A stretch of 64,000 nt of DNA, taken from NCBI GenBank assembly GCA_051313645.2, contig JBNRSN020000003.1:79298001-79362000 (forward strand). Direction: 5' to 3'. The position numbers and the translations under genes were made by a program. The notes beneath the pieces were generated by a model. It was not told the origin of the DNA, searched no databases, and saw only the letters and a list, made by a program, of their open reading frames with translations. The DNA is from Centroscyllium fabricii (lineage: Eukaryota). Positions 1 to 12,870 of this stretch are shown here, piece after piece. The first letter of the stretch is position 1; every line of letters starts with the position of its first letter.

Positions 1-440
1 ACAGTGACTGGGTATATAATGTGAGGTACAGTGAATTGGTATACAATGAGGGGTCATATTGAATGGGTATAAAATGAGAGGGTACTTTGAATGGGTATAC
101 AATGAGGTATACATTGAATGGGTATACATTGAGGGGTACAGTGAATGGGTACACAATGAGCGGCACAGTGAATGGGTATACAATGAGAGGGTATAGTAAT
201 TGTGCAGACAACGAGAGGTACAGCGAATGGGTATACAATGAGTGGTACAGTAAATTGATATACAATGAGAGGTTATAGTGAAAGGGTATAAAATGTGAGG
301 GTACAGTGAATGGGTATACAATGAGGGGTACAGTGAATGGGTATACAATGAGGGGTACAGTGAATGGGTATACAATGAGGGGTACAGTGGGTATAAAATG
401 AGCGGTACAGTGAATGGGTATACAATGATGGGGTACAGTG

Positions 441-657
441 TGTGGTAATATTGAGCAGACTTCCGGGGGAAGACTAAGGGGTAAACTCTGTACATGTCAC
501 TTCCTGTTTCCTGTTACTATAAATACTCGAACTGCTCAGTATGGGGAGAAAGCTTCACCTGGAAGCATGGTAAAACCCGTCTTTGTACATAGTGATAATG
601 TAGTGGATTAAAGCTTTGTTTTAAGTTATTGATGTATCAGACTCCATTATTACATCA
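441..657 (+). mobile_element. Solo LTR (Gypsy-type, 217 bp)
   Basis: TGTGGTAAT...ATTACATCA termini, 5-bp TSD CAGTG (436-440, 658-662), internal TATAAA and ATTAAA. Confidence 0.85.
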
Positions 658-2540
658 CAGTGAATGGGTATACAATGAGGGGTAAAATGAATGTGTATAC
701 AACGGGGGCACAGTAGATGGTTATACAATGAGAGTTAAAGCAAATGGGTATACAATAAGGGGTACAGTGAATGTGTATACAATGAGGGGTACAGTGAATG
801 GGTATACAATGAAGGGTACAGTGAATGAGTATACAATGAGAGGTACAGTGAATGTGTATACAATGAGCAGGTTACAGTGAATGGGTGTACAATGATAGGT
901 ACAGTGAATCGGTATATAATGAGGGGTACAGTGAATGTGTATACAGTGAGAGGTAGAATTAATGGATATACAATGAGAGTGTACAGTTAATGTGTATACA
1001 AAGAAGGGTACAGTGAATGGGTATACAATGAGGAGGACAGTGAATGGGTATACAAGGAGGTGTACAGTGAATGGGTATACAATGAGAGGGTACAGTGAAT
1101 GGGTTTACAATGAGGGAGTAAAGTGAATGGGTTTAGAATGAGGGGGTAAATAAATGGGTATGCAACGAGTGGTACAGTGAATGGGTATTCAATGAGAGGT
1201 TATATTGAATGCATATACAATGAGATTGTACAGTGAATGGGTGTACATTGAGAGGGTATAGTGAATAGGTATATCATGAGGGGTACAGTGAATGGGTATA
1301 CAATGAGAGGGTACAGTGAATGGATATAAAATGAGGTGTACAGTGAATGCGTAAACAATGTAATGTACAGTTAATTGGTATACATTGAGAGGTTCTAGTA
1401 AATGGGTATAGAACGAGAGGGTACAGTGAATGGGTATAGAATGAGAGGTGCGGTGAATGCATATACAATGAAGGGTACAGTGAATGGGCATAAAATGATA
1501 TGCACAGTGAATGTGCATAACATGATAAGGTACAGTGAATGGGTATACAATGAGAAAGTACAGTGAATGTGTATATAATGAGAGGGTACAGTGAATGTGT
1601 ATACAATGAGAAGTACAGTGAATGGCTATATAATGAGGGGTACAGTGAATGGCTATACAATGAGAGGCACAGTGACTAGATATACAATGAGAAGTAAAGT
1701 GAATGGCTTTTCAATGAGGGGTACTGTGAATGTGTATGCAATGAGAGGGCACAGTGACTGGGTATATAATGTGAGGTACAGTGAATTGGTATACAATGAG
1801 AGGTCATACTGAATGGGTATAAAATGAGAGGGTACTTTGAATGGGTATACAATGAGGTGTACCTTGAATGGGTATACATTGAGGGGTACAGTGAATGGGT
1901 ACACAATGAGCGGTACAGTGAATGGGTATACAATGAGAGGGTATAGTAATTGTGCAGACAACAAGAGGTACAGCGAATGGGTATACAATGAGTAGTACAG
2001 TATACAATGAGAGGTTATAGTGAAAGGGTATACAATGTGAGGGTACAGTGAATGGGTATACAATGAGGGGTACGGTGAATGGTTATACAATGAGGCGTAC
2101 AGTGAATGGGTATACAATGAAAGGTACAGTGAATGGGTATACAATGAGGGGTAAAATGAAAGGGTATACAATGTGGTGTACAGTGAATGGGAATATAAAG
2201 AGGGGTAAAGTGAATGGGTGTACAATGAGGGGTAAAGTTAATGGCTATTTAATAAAAGAGTACATTTAATGGGTATATAATGAGTGGTATAGTTAATGGG
2301 TATATAATGAGAGGGTAACGTTAATGGGTATTTCACGAGAGGGTACAGCGAATGAGTATTAAATAAGGGGTACAGTGATTGGGTATATAATGTGTGGTGC
2401 AGTGAATTGGTATACAATGAGAGGTCATATTGAATGGGACAAAATGAGAGGGTACTTTGAATGGGTATACAATAATGTATACCTTGGGTATACATTGAGG
2501 TGTACAGTGAATGGGTATACAATGAGAGGGTACAGTGAAT

Positions 2541-3785
2541 ACTGTAAAAGTATCCTCCGGACTCAGAGGAAAACCACAAACAATGCATGCAGGGCAGAGT
2601 TAGGCCAATATCCACTATTAATTAATATCCAAAAAAGAGCCATCAAATTTTGGAAACATCTAAAATTGAGCAACCCCCACAGCTATCACTACAAAGCCCT
2701 GAAATGCTAAGATGCGAACATTAGAAAAGTCCCCTCAGCCAACTGGTCCTGGGACTCAGCGAAGTAACTACCAACACTACTGGTAACAACCAGCCCCAGG
2801 ACAGTGAATTCCTAGCACAAAGAATTCGACCCAACACAATTATTACTTAACAAAGAGAAAAATATTTGACATACTGGACAGAAACGACAAAAACCCAAAA
2901 CAAACTAGATTGTTATTTGGCCCTAAACAGACTGTACACCATGGCTGATTACTTGACCATGGTGAAAGATAGCAAACTGAGAAAAACCCTGACAATGTAC
3001 AGACTTAGTGAGCATAGCCTAACCATCAAAAAAGGCAGACACAGAAAGACTTGGCTGCTCAGAGAGGAAAGGCTGTGCTCTCACTGCAGTCAGGGAGTGG
3101 TGGAGACAGAGCTGCATTTCCTCACAACTTGTGAAAACTATCAGGGCATAAGGGGGAATTTCTACCCAAAATTCGTAAAAACATGCACTGAATTCAAAAA
3201 TTTGAATGACCGCCAAAAACTCCCATATCTATTGGGGGAACAGAGGGACTGTATAAAATTAGAAACATAGAAACATAGAAGATAGGAGCAGGAGTAGGCC
3301 ATTCAGCCCTTTGAGCCTGCTCTGACATTCAATGAGATCATGGCTGATCATCCAAACCCAGTACCCTGTCCCTGCCCTCTCCCCATATCCCTCGATCCCT
3401 ATCGAGCCTGCATCGACACACATCCCACCCTATCCCCGTAACCCCACCTATTCAATCCCCCTAACACTAAGGGTCAATTTATCATGGCCAATCAACCTAA
3501 CCCGCACATCTTTGGACTGTGGGAGGAAACCGGAGCACCCGGAGGAAACCCACGCAGACACGGGGAGAATGTGCAAACTCCACACAGATAGTACCCGAGG
3601 CTGGATTTGAACCCGGGTCTCCAGTGCTGTGAGACAACAGTGCTAACCGCTGTGCCACCGTGCTGCCCAATTAGCGGCTAACTACGTCACAGCTTGCCAT
3701 ACGCAGAGGGTCAACCAGTGACCACTGAAGCTAAGAAGAGTATATGAGATTTATATGTGGATATATATGTATATGTTTGCATAGT
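2541..3785 (+). mobile_element. RTE-X clade LINE, 5'-truncated 3' part of ORF2, decayed and interrupted by a SINE
   Basis: Peptides NNACRAELGQYPL...RAIKFW and YRLSEHSL...GRHRKTWL.REERLCSHC...ETELHFLTTC match the RTE-X C-terminal zinc-knuckle region. Paralogous to 44096-44718. Confidence 0.75.
3260..3668 (-). mobile_element. tRNA-derived V-SINE (HE1-like) with CR1-type tail
   Basis: Reverse complement has tRNA A/B-box head, V-domain (GTGTGGAGTTTGCACATTCTCCCCGTG) and (TTTCTATG)n tail; TSD AATTAG. Confidence 0.9.
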
Positions 3786-3839
3786 TATCCATTCACTGTA
3801 TAGAAACATAGAAACTGGGTATATAATGTGAGGTACAGA

Positions 3840-5348
3840 TGTTCTTCTAAAACTTCATCAACCAATGACAGCTCAAGTTCCTTGTCTTGGTTCTTGGATG
3901 AAAGCCCTCCCCAAAAGAGGGTCTCATTACTTCATCCAATTTATCTTTCTTGTTTTTAAATTCTGAAGGTTCCTCCATTGGAATCCATCTTATCTCTCTT
4001 GACTCTATCCTCCTTAACCCAGCAAGTACAAAGCCCGGCTCTATTCCTCTTAATCATGGGCCCCACATTAGCCAGTCGCTATCTCACCTTCATCTAGCAA
4101 ATGGGCCATTCTAAGATGAATACCTTAGCCTCCTCAAATTCCTGTCATTATATGGGCGTGAAATTGGTGCCTTAGCGTCGTCGGTTTAGCGCTGAAAAAT
4201 GGGTGCTACAGGTTTTAGTGCCGGGTGCAGACATTTTAGCGCTGGGCGCTAAATTCACCCAGTGATTAGCGCCGGCACTAACTCTTAGCGCGTGCTAATT
4301 TGCGATCGGCAATCGTCGTGCTGCGCCCAAGGTTCGCCTTTGCGCCAGTCACCCTGGCGCAGCGCTACCAGTGCCAGCTTTGGCAAGCGCTGCTGAGGGT
4401 CTGAGTGGCCGCTGCGGCGCTGCTAAAAGGGCGACCCTCCCTTTCCTCGGTAGCCTCTTCGGCCCGAGATCTGCCAGTTGCTGCGCGAGGGGGCCGGGCT
4501 TCCTGAGATCAGCCAGATGCTGCGGGAGGGGGGAGGGCGACCCGAGATCGGGCAGATGCTGGGGGGGCGGGCGGCCCGAGATCGGGCAGATGCTGAGGGG
4601 GGAGGGCGAGATCGGCCAGATGCTGAGGGGGGTCGGGGAGATCGGGGAAATGATGAGGGGCGTTGGCAGAGACCAGGGAGATGATGAGGGAGGGGTGCCG
4701 ACACATCATGCAATGTTTCTCCTACCCCTTTAAGACCTTTCCGGCTCCAGAGTTCATGGAAAAGCAAGGAGTTGCTGAAGGAGCGCTGTGCCTGCGATCG
4801 GCAATTAGCGGCAAAAAATTGGCCGGCTGGATCTCGCACAACACCTGATTTAGCGCCGAAATCTGCAAGGCCGGCGCTAAAGTGAATATCGGGCGCTTTG
4901 GCGCTGATTTAGCGCAGGTGCTAATTTTTGCGCAGCGCTAATTTTAGTGCCCCAATTCGTGCGCTCATGAATTTCGTGCCCTATGTCTTTTCCTAATTAC
5001 CTTATAATTATCTTCACAAGCATTTCTGCTGCACAAACTCCAAATTCTATCTGGAGATTATAATATGGCTATTAGTAATAATGGAAGATACATAGGTTGG
5101 GCCTTCACCAGCCAAATTAAAGATACATTAACAAAGTCAAAGCCCTAACGTACAAACAACAGATAACTAGCCTGGCAGGGCCATCCTATGGGCCCCTGTG
5201 TGGAATGTTTATGTTTCACCTCATCTAACTGATTAAAAAGTCTGTCTCAAATTCTAATGCAATCTTTCCAGGAAAATGAAACTTACCATTTAAAAACCAT
5301 ATTATTGATGCAGCCATATGCATTTTTAGCCACACCTAGTTTCTAACA
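3840..5348 (-). mobile_element. Probable long LTR or ERV-like fragment, hosting a MITE
   Basis: Non-satellite AT-rich block ending ...TTCTAACA at the satellite junction (TGTTAGAA on minus strand). No matching TSD found, so the class is uncertain. Confidence 0.35.
4154..4981. mobile_element. Non-autonomous DNA transposon (PIF/Harbinger-like MITE), copy 1
   Basis: TIRs GGGCGTGAAATT / AATTTCGTGCCC, 3-bp TSD TAT, GCGC-rich subterminal arms, internal GAGATCGGGCAGATG tandem repeats; second copy at 27903. Confidence 0.8.
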
Positions 5349-5879
5349 GGGTACACTGAATAGATATACAATGAGGAGCACAGTGAATGTGTATATTATG
5401 AGAGGGTACTGTGAATGGGTTTACAATGAGAGTTAAAGTGAATGGTTATACAAAGGGAGATACAGTGAAAGTTTATACAATGAGAGCTACAGTGACTAGG
5501 TATAAAATGAGACGGTACAGTGAATGGGTATACAATGAGAGGGTACAGTGAATGGTTATACAATGAGGGCTAAAGTGAATGGATATTCAGTGAGGGGTAC
5601 AGTGAATGAGCATACAATGAGAGGGTACAGTGAATGGGTATACAATGAGGAGTACATTGAATGGATATACAATGAGAGGGTACAGTGAATCGGTATACAA
5701 TGAGAGGTAGAGTGAACGGGTGAAAAATGAGAGATACAGTGAATGGGTATACAATGAGGGGTTGTAGAGATTCACGTATCTCTGGTAAACAGGATCAAGT
5801 GGAAACCAATATGGTGCGTATATTGTGTTTAATTGGAGATGGGGACAGTATATATAGGACTAAGAATATTTAAAGATCA

Positions 5880-6119
5880 AGCCTGAAGGCTTTGTGTCTT
5901 AATGCAAAGAGCATTCATAATAAGGTGGATGAATTAGCTGGGCAAATAGATATGATATAATTGGAATTACGGGCACATGGCTCCAGGGTGACTAAGACTG
6001 GGAATTCAACATCCATGGTGTATTCAATATTCAGGAAGGACAGGAAAAAAGGAAAAGGAGCTGGGGTAGCATTGCTGGATAAAGAGGAGATTAGTACAAT
6101 AGTAAGGGAGGATATTAGC
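5880..6119 (+). mobile_element. CR1 LINE fragment (start of APE endonuclease domain)
   Basis: Frameshifted LKALCLNAKSIHNKVDEL...IIGIT..WL...IFRKDR..GKGAGVALL motifs. Confidence 0.8.
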
Positions 6120-6886
6120 TGTCATGTTACATGTAATTCAAAAACATCTTAGCACCACTTAGTGGTTAATTTAAGGAACTGCAGTAAGTTTATTGTATTT
6201 TTCCATTGGTCAATTACTGTCACATGACTAAGGTTATAGTTTAGGACCGCCATTTTGTATTGAGAACACTCAAGTAAGCCACCGAGTTCTGTTTTGTTTA
6301 ATCTTCTTCCATCCGCTTCACATTGATCCTTGGAGAAGCTTTGTTTTTTCACACATGGGAAAGCACTTTGATAAAATACATGTTGGTCAAGACATACAAG
6401 TAAAAGGACCTAAACTTTACTTTCGCGTCCTGGTCATCATACAAGTGTTTAGCTATCTGTCAATTCGTGTAGAGCCATGCACGCAGAGGACCGAATAGTG
6501 AAAAACAGCATCACGTCGGGTTCAACACAACAGTTCCAGAAAACAAAGACAGCTACTCTGCATCATCTGCCCACACCCTCAAAAAGAGGTCTACAAGACT
6601 CACAAGATGGACGGCAAGGCAAATACAGACGAGCAACATACAGCTCAACCTAAAGATCCATCAGACAAGTCATATGTCACCAGGTCTGTTCCATCTAGCT
6701 CTGTTAAGAGCTCTAAGATGTCTTCTACAAGTGTAGCAGCAGCAAAAGCACGCGCCAGAGCTGAAGCAGTGCGCGCTCGCTCCACCTTTGTCGAAAAAGA
6801 AACCGAGCTCATGGTTGAGAAAGCACGCATGGAGGCTGCTCTGGCCACATTGCAACAAGAGAAAGAGGTTGCAGCTGCCCTAGCTG

Positions 6887-7295
6887 GGGCGGCACGGTGG
6901 CATAGTGGTTAGCACTGTTGTCTTACAGCACCAGAGACCCGGGTTCAAATCCGGCCTCGGGTGACTATCTGTGTGGAGTTTGCACATTCTCCCCGTGTCT
7001 GCGTGGGTTTCCTCCGGGTGCTCCGGTTTCCTCCCACAGTCCAAAGATGTGCGGGTTAGGTTGATTGGCCATGATAAATTGACCCTTAGCGTTAGGGGGA
7101 TTGAATATGTGGGGTTACGGGGATAGGGTGGGATATGTGTCGGTGCAGGCTCGATAGAGATCGAGGGATATGGGGACAAGGCAGGGACGGGGTGCTGGGC
7201 TTCGATGATCAGCCATGATCTCATTGAATGGCGGAGCAGGCTCAAAGGGCCGAATGGCCTACTCCTGCTCCTATCTTCTATGTTTCTATGTTTCT
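6887..7295 (+). mobile_element. HE1-like V-SINE inserted in BEL gag
   Basis: GGGCGGCACGGTGGCATAGTGG head, GGTTCAAATCC B box, V-domain, (TTTCTATG) tail. Confidence 0.92.
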
Positions 7296-10200
7296 AGGCT
7301 GAGGTTCTTGAATCCGCAGTAGCAGAGCTGGATCTTGAGGAGCACACTAAGGCTATGAACATTGCAACAATTCCTCACGACTCCAAAGAGAAAAGAATGA
7401 ATGATTATGTTGAAAGTCATTCTAGAATGCACTCTAGTCGGCTGTCACTGCCCGAACTTGAGCCTTACAATTCATCCCATCAGCCACACGATTACTCCCA
7501 TGCTCTGGTCCATGAAGACAGATTGCAACACCCCACTCACACTGCTGAGGATGAACTGAATGTCAATCCAGCCTATAACAAGCATCACGTCAGCCATTCC
7601 AGAATGCACAGTGTGAATCAGCCGACTGCCCAACACGACACTGTGGCTCAGCCACACAGCTCCATTCCTATCAAGGCAGGTCAGTCTTACATGCCCTCTC
7701 TCAAGAAAGAAATACCACAGTCACCCACTCCTGATAACACGGGCATGAGCGACATCGCCAGATACCTAGCTCGTCGTGAGCTTTTGAACTCGGGGCTCAC
7801 CAGATTTGACGACCATCCAGAGAGTGACTGGGTATGGAAATCCTCATTTGTTAATGCTGTAGAGGAACGAAAACGCAGCCACGGCGAAGAGCTCGACTTT
7901 CTAACTAAGTGGTTAGGTCCTCAGTCCTCAGATCATGTTCGGAGGATCAGAGCTGTCTATGTCAGTGACCCTGCTGCCGGGCTCAGGATGTCGTGGTTGC
8001 GTCTAGAGGAGTGTTATGGCGCGCCTGAAATTATTGAAAAGGTTTTCTTTGATAAGCTGGAGAGGTTCCCCAAGATCAGCAACAAAGATCCCTTTAAGCT
8101 TAGAGAGCTTGGTGACCTATTGAAAGTTGGAGTCAGCAAAACTAGAAGGCTACTTACCTGGGCTTACCTTTTTGGACACAGCTCGGGGAGTGAAACCCAT
8201 AGTGGAAAAGTTACCATACGGGCTTCAGGAAAAATGGATGGCTCAAGGCAGTCAGTACAAGCTGCAGCACCAAGTTCACTTTCCGCCATTCTCATTCTTC
8301 GCGAAGTTTGTGTGCAGAGAGGCCTACATACGTAACGACCCAAGCTTCACCCTCAACTCACCTGGTACCACAACGGTAAAGCCACCAGACAACACCATGA
8401 AAAGGTATGGACACTCTAAAAGCCTTGTCTCATCACACAAAACAGAGATCATTCTCACACTTACCTCCAACACTGCAGAGACCCCCAGCAGTAAGCCGGA
8501 CATCGACTGGCAGTGTCCTATTCACAAAAAGCCCCATCCCCTAAAGCGATGCAGAGGCTTCAGAGCGAAGGCTCTAGAGGAATGCAAAGCATTTCTCAAA
8601 GAGAATAGAATTTGCTTCAGATGCTGCTCCTCAAACAATCTCCTAGCAAAGGACTGCAAAGTGGCCATCCAGTGCAGAGAGTGTGACAGCAATGGACATG
8701 TCACAGCCCTTCACCCAGGGCCACCCCCATGGACTGTCAAAAGCCCTGACCCAGTGCATGGCGGGGAGGAAAGAGGTGAGCCATCTCTTTCCATAAACTC
8801 CAAATGCACAGAAGTCTGCGGAGAAGCCAATAGCTCCCATTCCTGCTCCAAAATCTGCCTCATAAGCGTGCATCCTAAAGGACAGCCTAACAAGTCAGTG
8901 AGAGTCTACGCTATACTCAATGACCAGAGCAATAGGTCACTTGCTAGGTCTGAGTTCTTTGACCTATTCAACCTCAAGGGCACAGACTCTCCCTACACTC
9001 TTCGTACATGTGCTGGAGTCACAGAGATGTCTGGAAGAAGAGCGACAGACTTCATCGCCCAACCTTTAAATGGAAGTCTCAGTGTACTACTTCCCACGCT
9101 CATTGAATGCAACAACATGCCGAACGATAGATCAGAGATACCAACTCCCGAGGCAGCCAAACACCACTCTCATCTCAAATCCATTGCTCACCTCATTCCT
9201 GCTCTGGATCCCAATGCTCAGATTCTCCTCCTCCTAGGGCGTGACATTCTCCAGGTCCACAAGGCGAGAGACCAGCGTAATGGGCCAAGAAATGCCCCTT
9301 ATGCCCAAAATCTCGACCTCGGCTGGGTCGTAGTTGGTGAAGTCTGTCTGGGCGCAGCTCACAAGCCAGCAGCAATCAGTATATGTCACACTAATGTTCT
9401 GGAGAATGGCCGTCATTCTCACTTCAGTCCCTGTTCAAATCACCTCTTCCTGCAAGAGAAGCTCACAGCAAAGAACAGTTCTCACACCCCTCAGTCTTCT
9501 CACAGCCTAGCTCTGAATTCTGAGAGCTGCCAATTGGGAAGTAGAATCTTTGAAAGAACAGAGGATGACAATAGGATTGCCCCATCCATCGAGGACAGAC
9601 TATTCATTCAATTGATGGATAAGGAGATGTTCATCGATGATGCTAACAGTTGGGTCGCTCCTCTTCCTTTTCGCACACCAAGGCCGCGCCTCCCTAACAA
9701 CAGAGAACAAGCTCTGAGCCGCTTCACCTCTCTCTGCCGCACACTTGAAAGAAAGCCCGACATGAAGAACCACTTTGTGGCTTTCATGCAGAAAATCTTC
9801 GATCAAGATCATGCTGAGTTGGCTCCACCGCTACAAGATGGAGAAGAATGTTGGTACCTGCCCTCTTTTGGTGTCTACCACCCACGTAAGCCAGGCCAAA
9901 TTAAAGTCGTGTTTGACTCCAGCTCTCAACATCTTGGTGTTTCATTAAATGATGCGTTGCTGACAGGGCCAGACTTGAATAATAGCCTGCTGGGAGTCCT
10001 AATACGGTTCTGACGTGAGCAAGTAGCCATCACAGCAGATATCGAACAAATGTTCCACAGCTTCATTGTCAGAGAAGATCACAGGAACTTCCTCAGATTC
10101 TTGTGGTTCAGAGACAACGACACCACGCAGGAAGTTGTTGAATAAAGAATGAAAGTTCATGTATTTGGCAACAGTCCCTCCCCTGCTGTTGCTATCTATG

Positions 10201-11870
10201 GACTCAGGCAAGCAGCTCTACATGGAGAGTTTGAGTTTGGCAGAGATGCAATGCACTTCATACAGAGAGACTTCTATGTTGACGATGGACTCAAGTCACT
10301 GCCATCTGCAACTGAAGCCGTCGATCTGCTTAAAGCAGCCCAAGGTATGCTTGCCATCTCTAATCTGAGCCTCCATAAAATAGCATCCAACAGTACAGCC
10401 GTCATGCAAGCATTTCCATCAGTAGACTATGCAAAGGACTTGAAAGACCTTGACCTAGACATCGACTCGCCTCCTGTGCAGCGTAGCCTCGGATTGAGCT
10501 GGGACCTTCGGAAGGACGTGTTCACATTCCGCGTTGCCAACAGTGAGAAGCCATTCACTCGCAGAGGCGTCCTTGCAACTGCAAACAGCTTGTTCGACCC
10601 CCTTGGTCTTGTTGCTCCCATCACCATCCAAGGGGATCTCTTACTAAGAGAGCTCACCAGCAACACCATTGACTGGGATGCCCCCCTCCCAGCTGTAAAC
10701 GAGACAGAATGGATTTCTTGGAGAGACTCATTGCGAGATCTCGAACAGTTTGAAACCCCTCGAGCCTACACTGCAACTTCCCTCTCCAACGCTCAGAGTA
10801 CAGAGATCCACATCTCAGATGCTTCCATAAAGGCCATTGCAGCAGTAGCATATCTCAAGATGACAGGTCTTGATGGAACATACCACATCGGTTTCATCAT
10901 GGGGAAAGCCAAGTTAGCCCCTATGTTGATCCACACTGTTCCAGGCTTGAGTTATGTGCTGCTGCCCTGGCAATAGAAGTTGCAGAGCTGGTTATGAGTG
11001 AGCTGGACATCAAACTAGACGCTTTGAAGTTCTACACTGACAGCAAGGTGGTGTTGGGGTACATCTACAATGAAACCAGGAGGTTTTATGTATACGTCAG
11101 CAACAGGATGCAACGGATCAGGAAATTATCTCACCCTGAGCAGTGGCATTACATCCCCACCAGCCAGAACCCTGCAGATGTTGCTACCAGATCAGTGCCC
11201 GCAGCACACCTCTCAGACACCAATTGGCTTACTGGTCCCGATTTCCTGTCACATTCTGTGGAGACAGAGATTACTGAGGAAACACCTTACGATCTCATTG
11301 ATCCTGAGTCGGATGCAGAGGTACGATGTCACATCACTACGTGCACCGACTCACACTTTGGCTCTCAACACTTTGAATGGTTTTCTACATGGCAATCTCT
11401 CATCAGAGCCATAGCTTCTCTCATCCACATTACTCAGTCCTTCAAGTCTGAAACAAATAAGCAGAGAAAAGACTGTAGTGGTTGGCATCATTGCTCAAAG
11501 CCTCACTCAGCTGATGTCCTGTCACGAGCAAAGGCCATCATCATTGGATGTGTGCAAAATGAAGCATACTAAGCTGAGTTAACTTGCTTGAACAAAGGAA
11601 AAGACAGTCCTAGAAACAGTCCACTGAGGAAGCTCAACCCTGTCCTAGATAACAATGGACTCCTCAGAACAGGTGGTCGGCTCCAACATGCTGCACTCGA
11701 CACAGCAGAGAAACACCCTCACATCGTACCTGGCCATAGCCATGTTGCTACTCTACCCACAAACCACTACCACGAGAGAGTTAAGCACCAGAGCCGTGTC
11801 TTCACTGAGGGAGACATCCGTTCAGATGGCATCTGGATAGTTGGGGCCAAGAAATGTATCACCAGCAATC

Positions 11871-12870
11871 ATAAGAACATAAGAAATAGGAGCAAGAGTA
11901 GGCCAATCGGCCCTTCGAGCCTGCTCCGCCATTCAACAAGATCATGGCTGATCTGATCCTAACCTCAATTTTATTTTTACTCTCCACCCCGCCCAGACCC
12001 ATGTGATCACCTGGGAGAGGCGAAAAACCAGATAAAAAAAAACAGTAGCCAATTTGGGAGAAAAAAATCAGGAAAATTCCTCTCCGACCCATCTAGGCGA
12101 TCGAAAACTGGTCCAGGAGATCACATGGCCGATCTCAACCTAGCCTCACGTCCACTTACCAGCCCGTTCACCATAACCCCTAATTCCCTTTAATTCCAGG
12201 AAACTGTCTATCTCAGTTTTAAATTTATTCAACGTAGTAGCTTCCACAGCTCTCTGGGGCAGCAAATTCCACAGCCCCACCACCCTCTGAGTAAAGAAGT
12301 TCCCCCTCATCTCAGTTTTGAAATGGCAGCCCCTTATTTTAAGATTATGCCCCCATGTCCTAGTCTCACCCACCATTGGGAACATCCTCACCGCATCCAC
12401 CCGATCAAGCCCTCTCACAATCTTATATGTTTCAATAAGATTGCCTCTCATTCTTCTGAACTCCAATGAGTAGAGGCCCAATCTACTCAGCCTCTCGTCA
12501 TATGTTAGCCCCCTCATCCCCGGAATTAACCTAGTGAACCTTCTCTGCACTGCCTCGAGAGCAAGTATGTCCTTTCTTAAATAGGGACACCAGAACTGCA
12601 CGCAGTATTCCAGGTGTGGTCTCACCAATGCCCTGTACAACTGCAGCAAGACCTCCCTGCTTTTATACTCCATCCCCTTAGCAATAAAAGCCAACATTCC
12701 ATTGGCCTTCCTTACCACCTGCTGCACCTGCATATTAACTTTCTGTGTTTCCTGCACCAGGACCCCCAGATCCCTTTGCACTGAAGTACTTTCCAGTTCC
12801 TTTCCATTTAGATAATAACTCGCTCTATTATTTTTCCTGCCAAAGTGCATAACTTCACATTTTCCAGTAT
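11871..12870 (-). mobile_element. CR1 LINE 3' end inserted in BEL pol
   Basis: ORF 12146-12850(-): RDLGV...LYRALVRPHLEYCVQFW.PYLRKDILALEAVQRRFTR...WNLLP; (TTCTTATG) tail. Confidence 0.93.

Noticed and set aside
1-2540. CRISPR-like 27-28-bp periodic repeats
   Set aside because: Head-to-tail degenerate monomers without unique spacers, no cas genes, vertebrate context.
6887-6965. tRNA genes (also at 3590-3668, 24535 and 33497)
   Set aside because: They are SINE heads continuing into a V-domain and LINE-derived tails.
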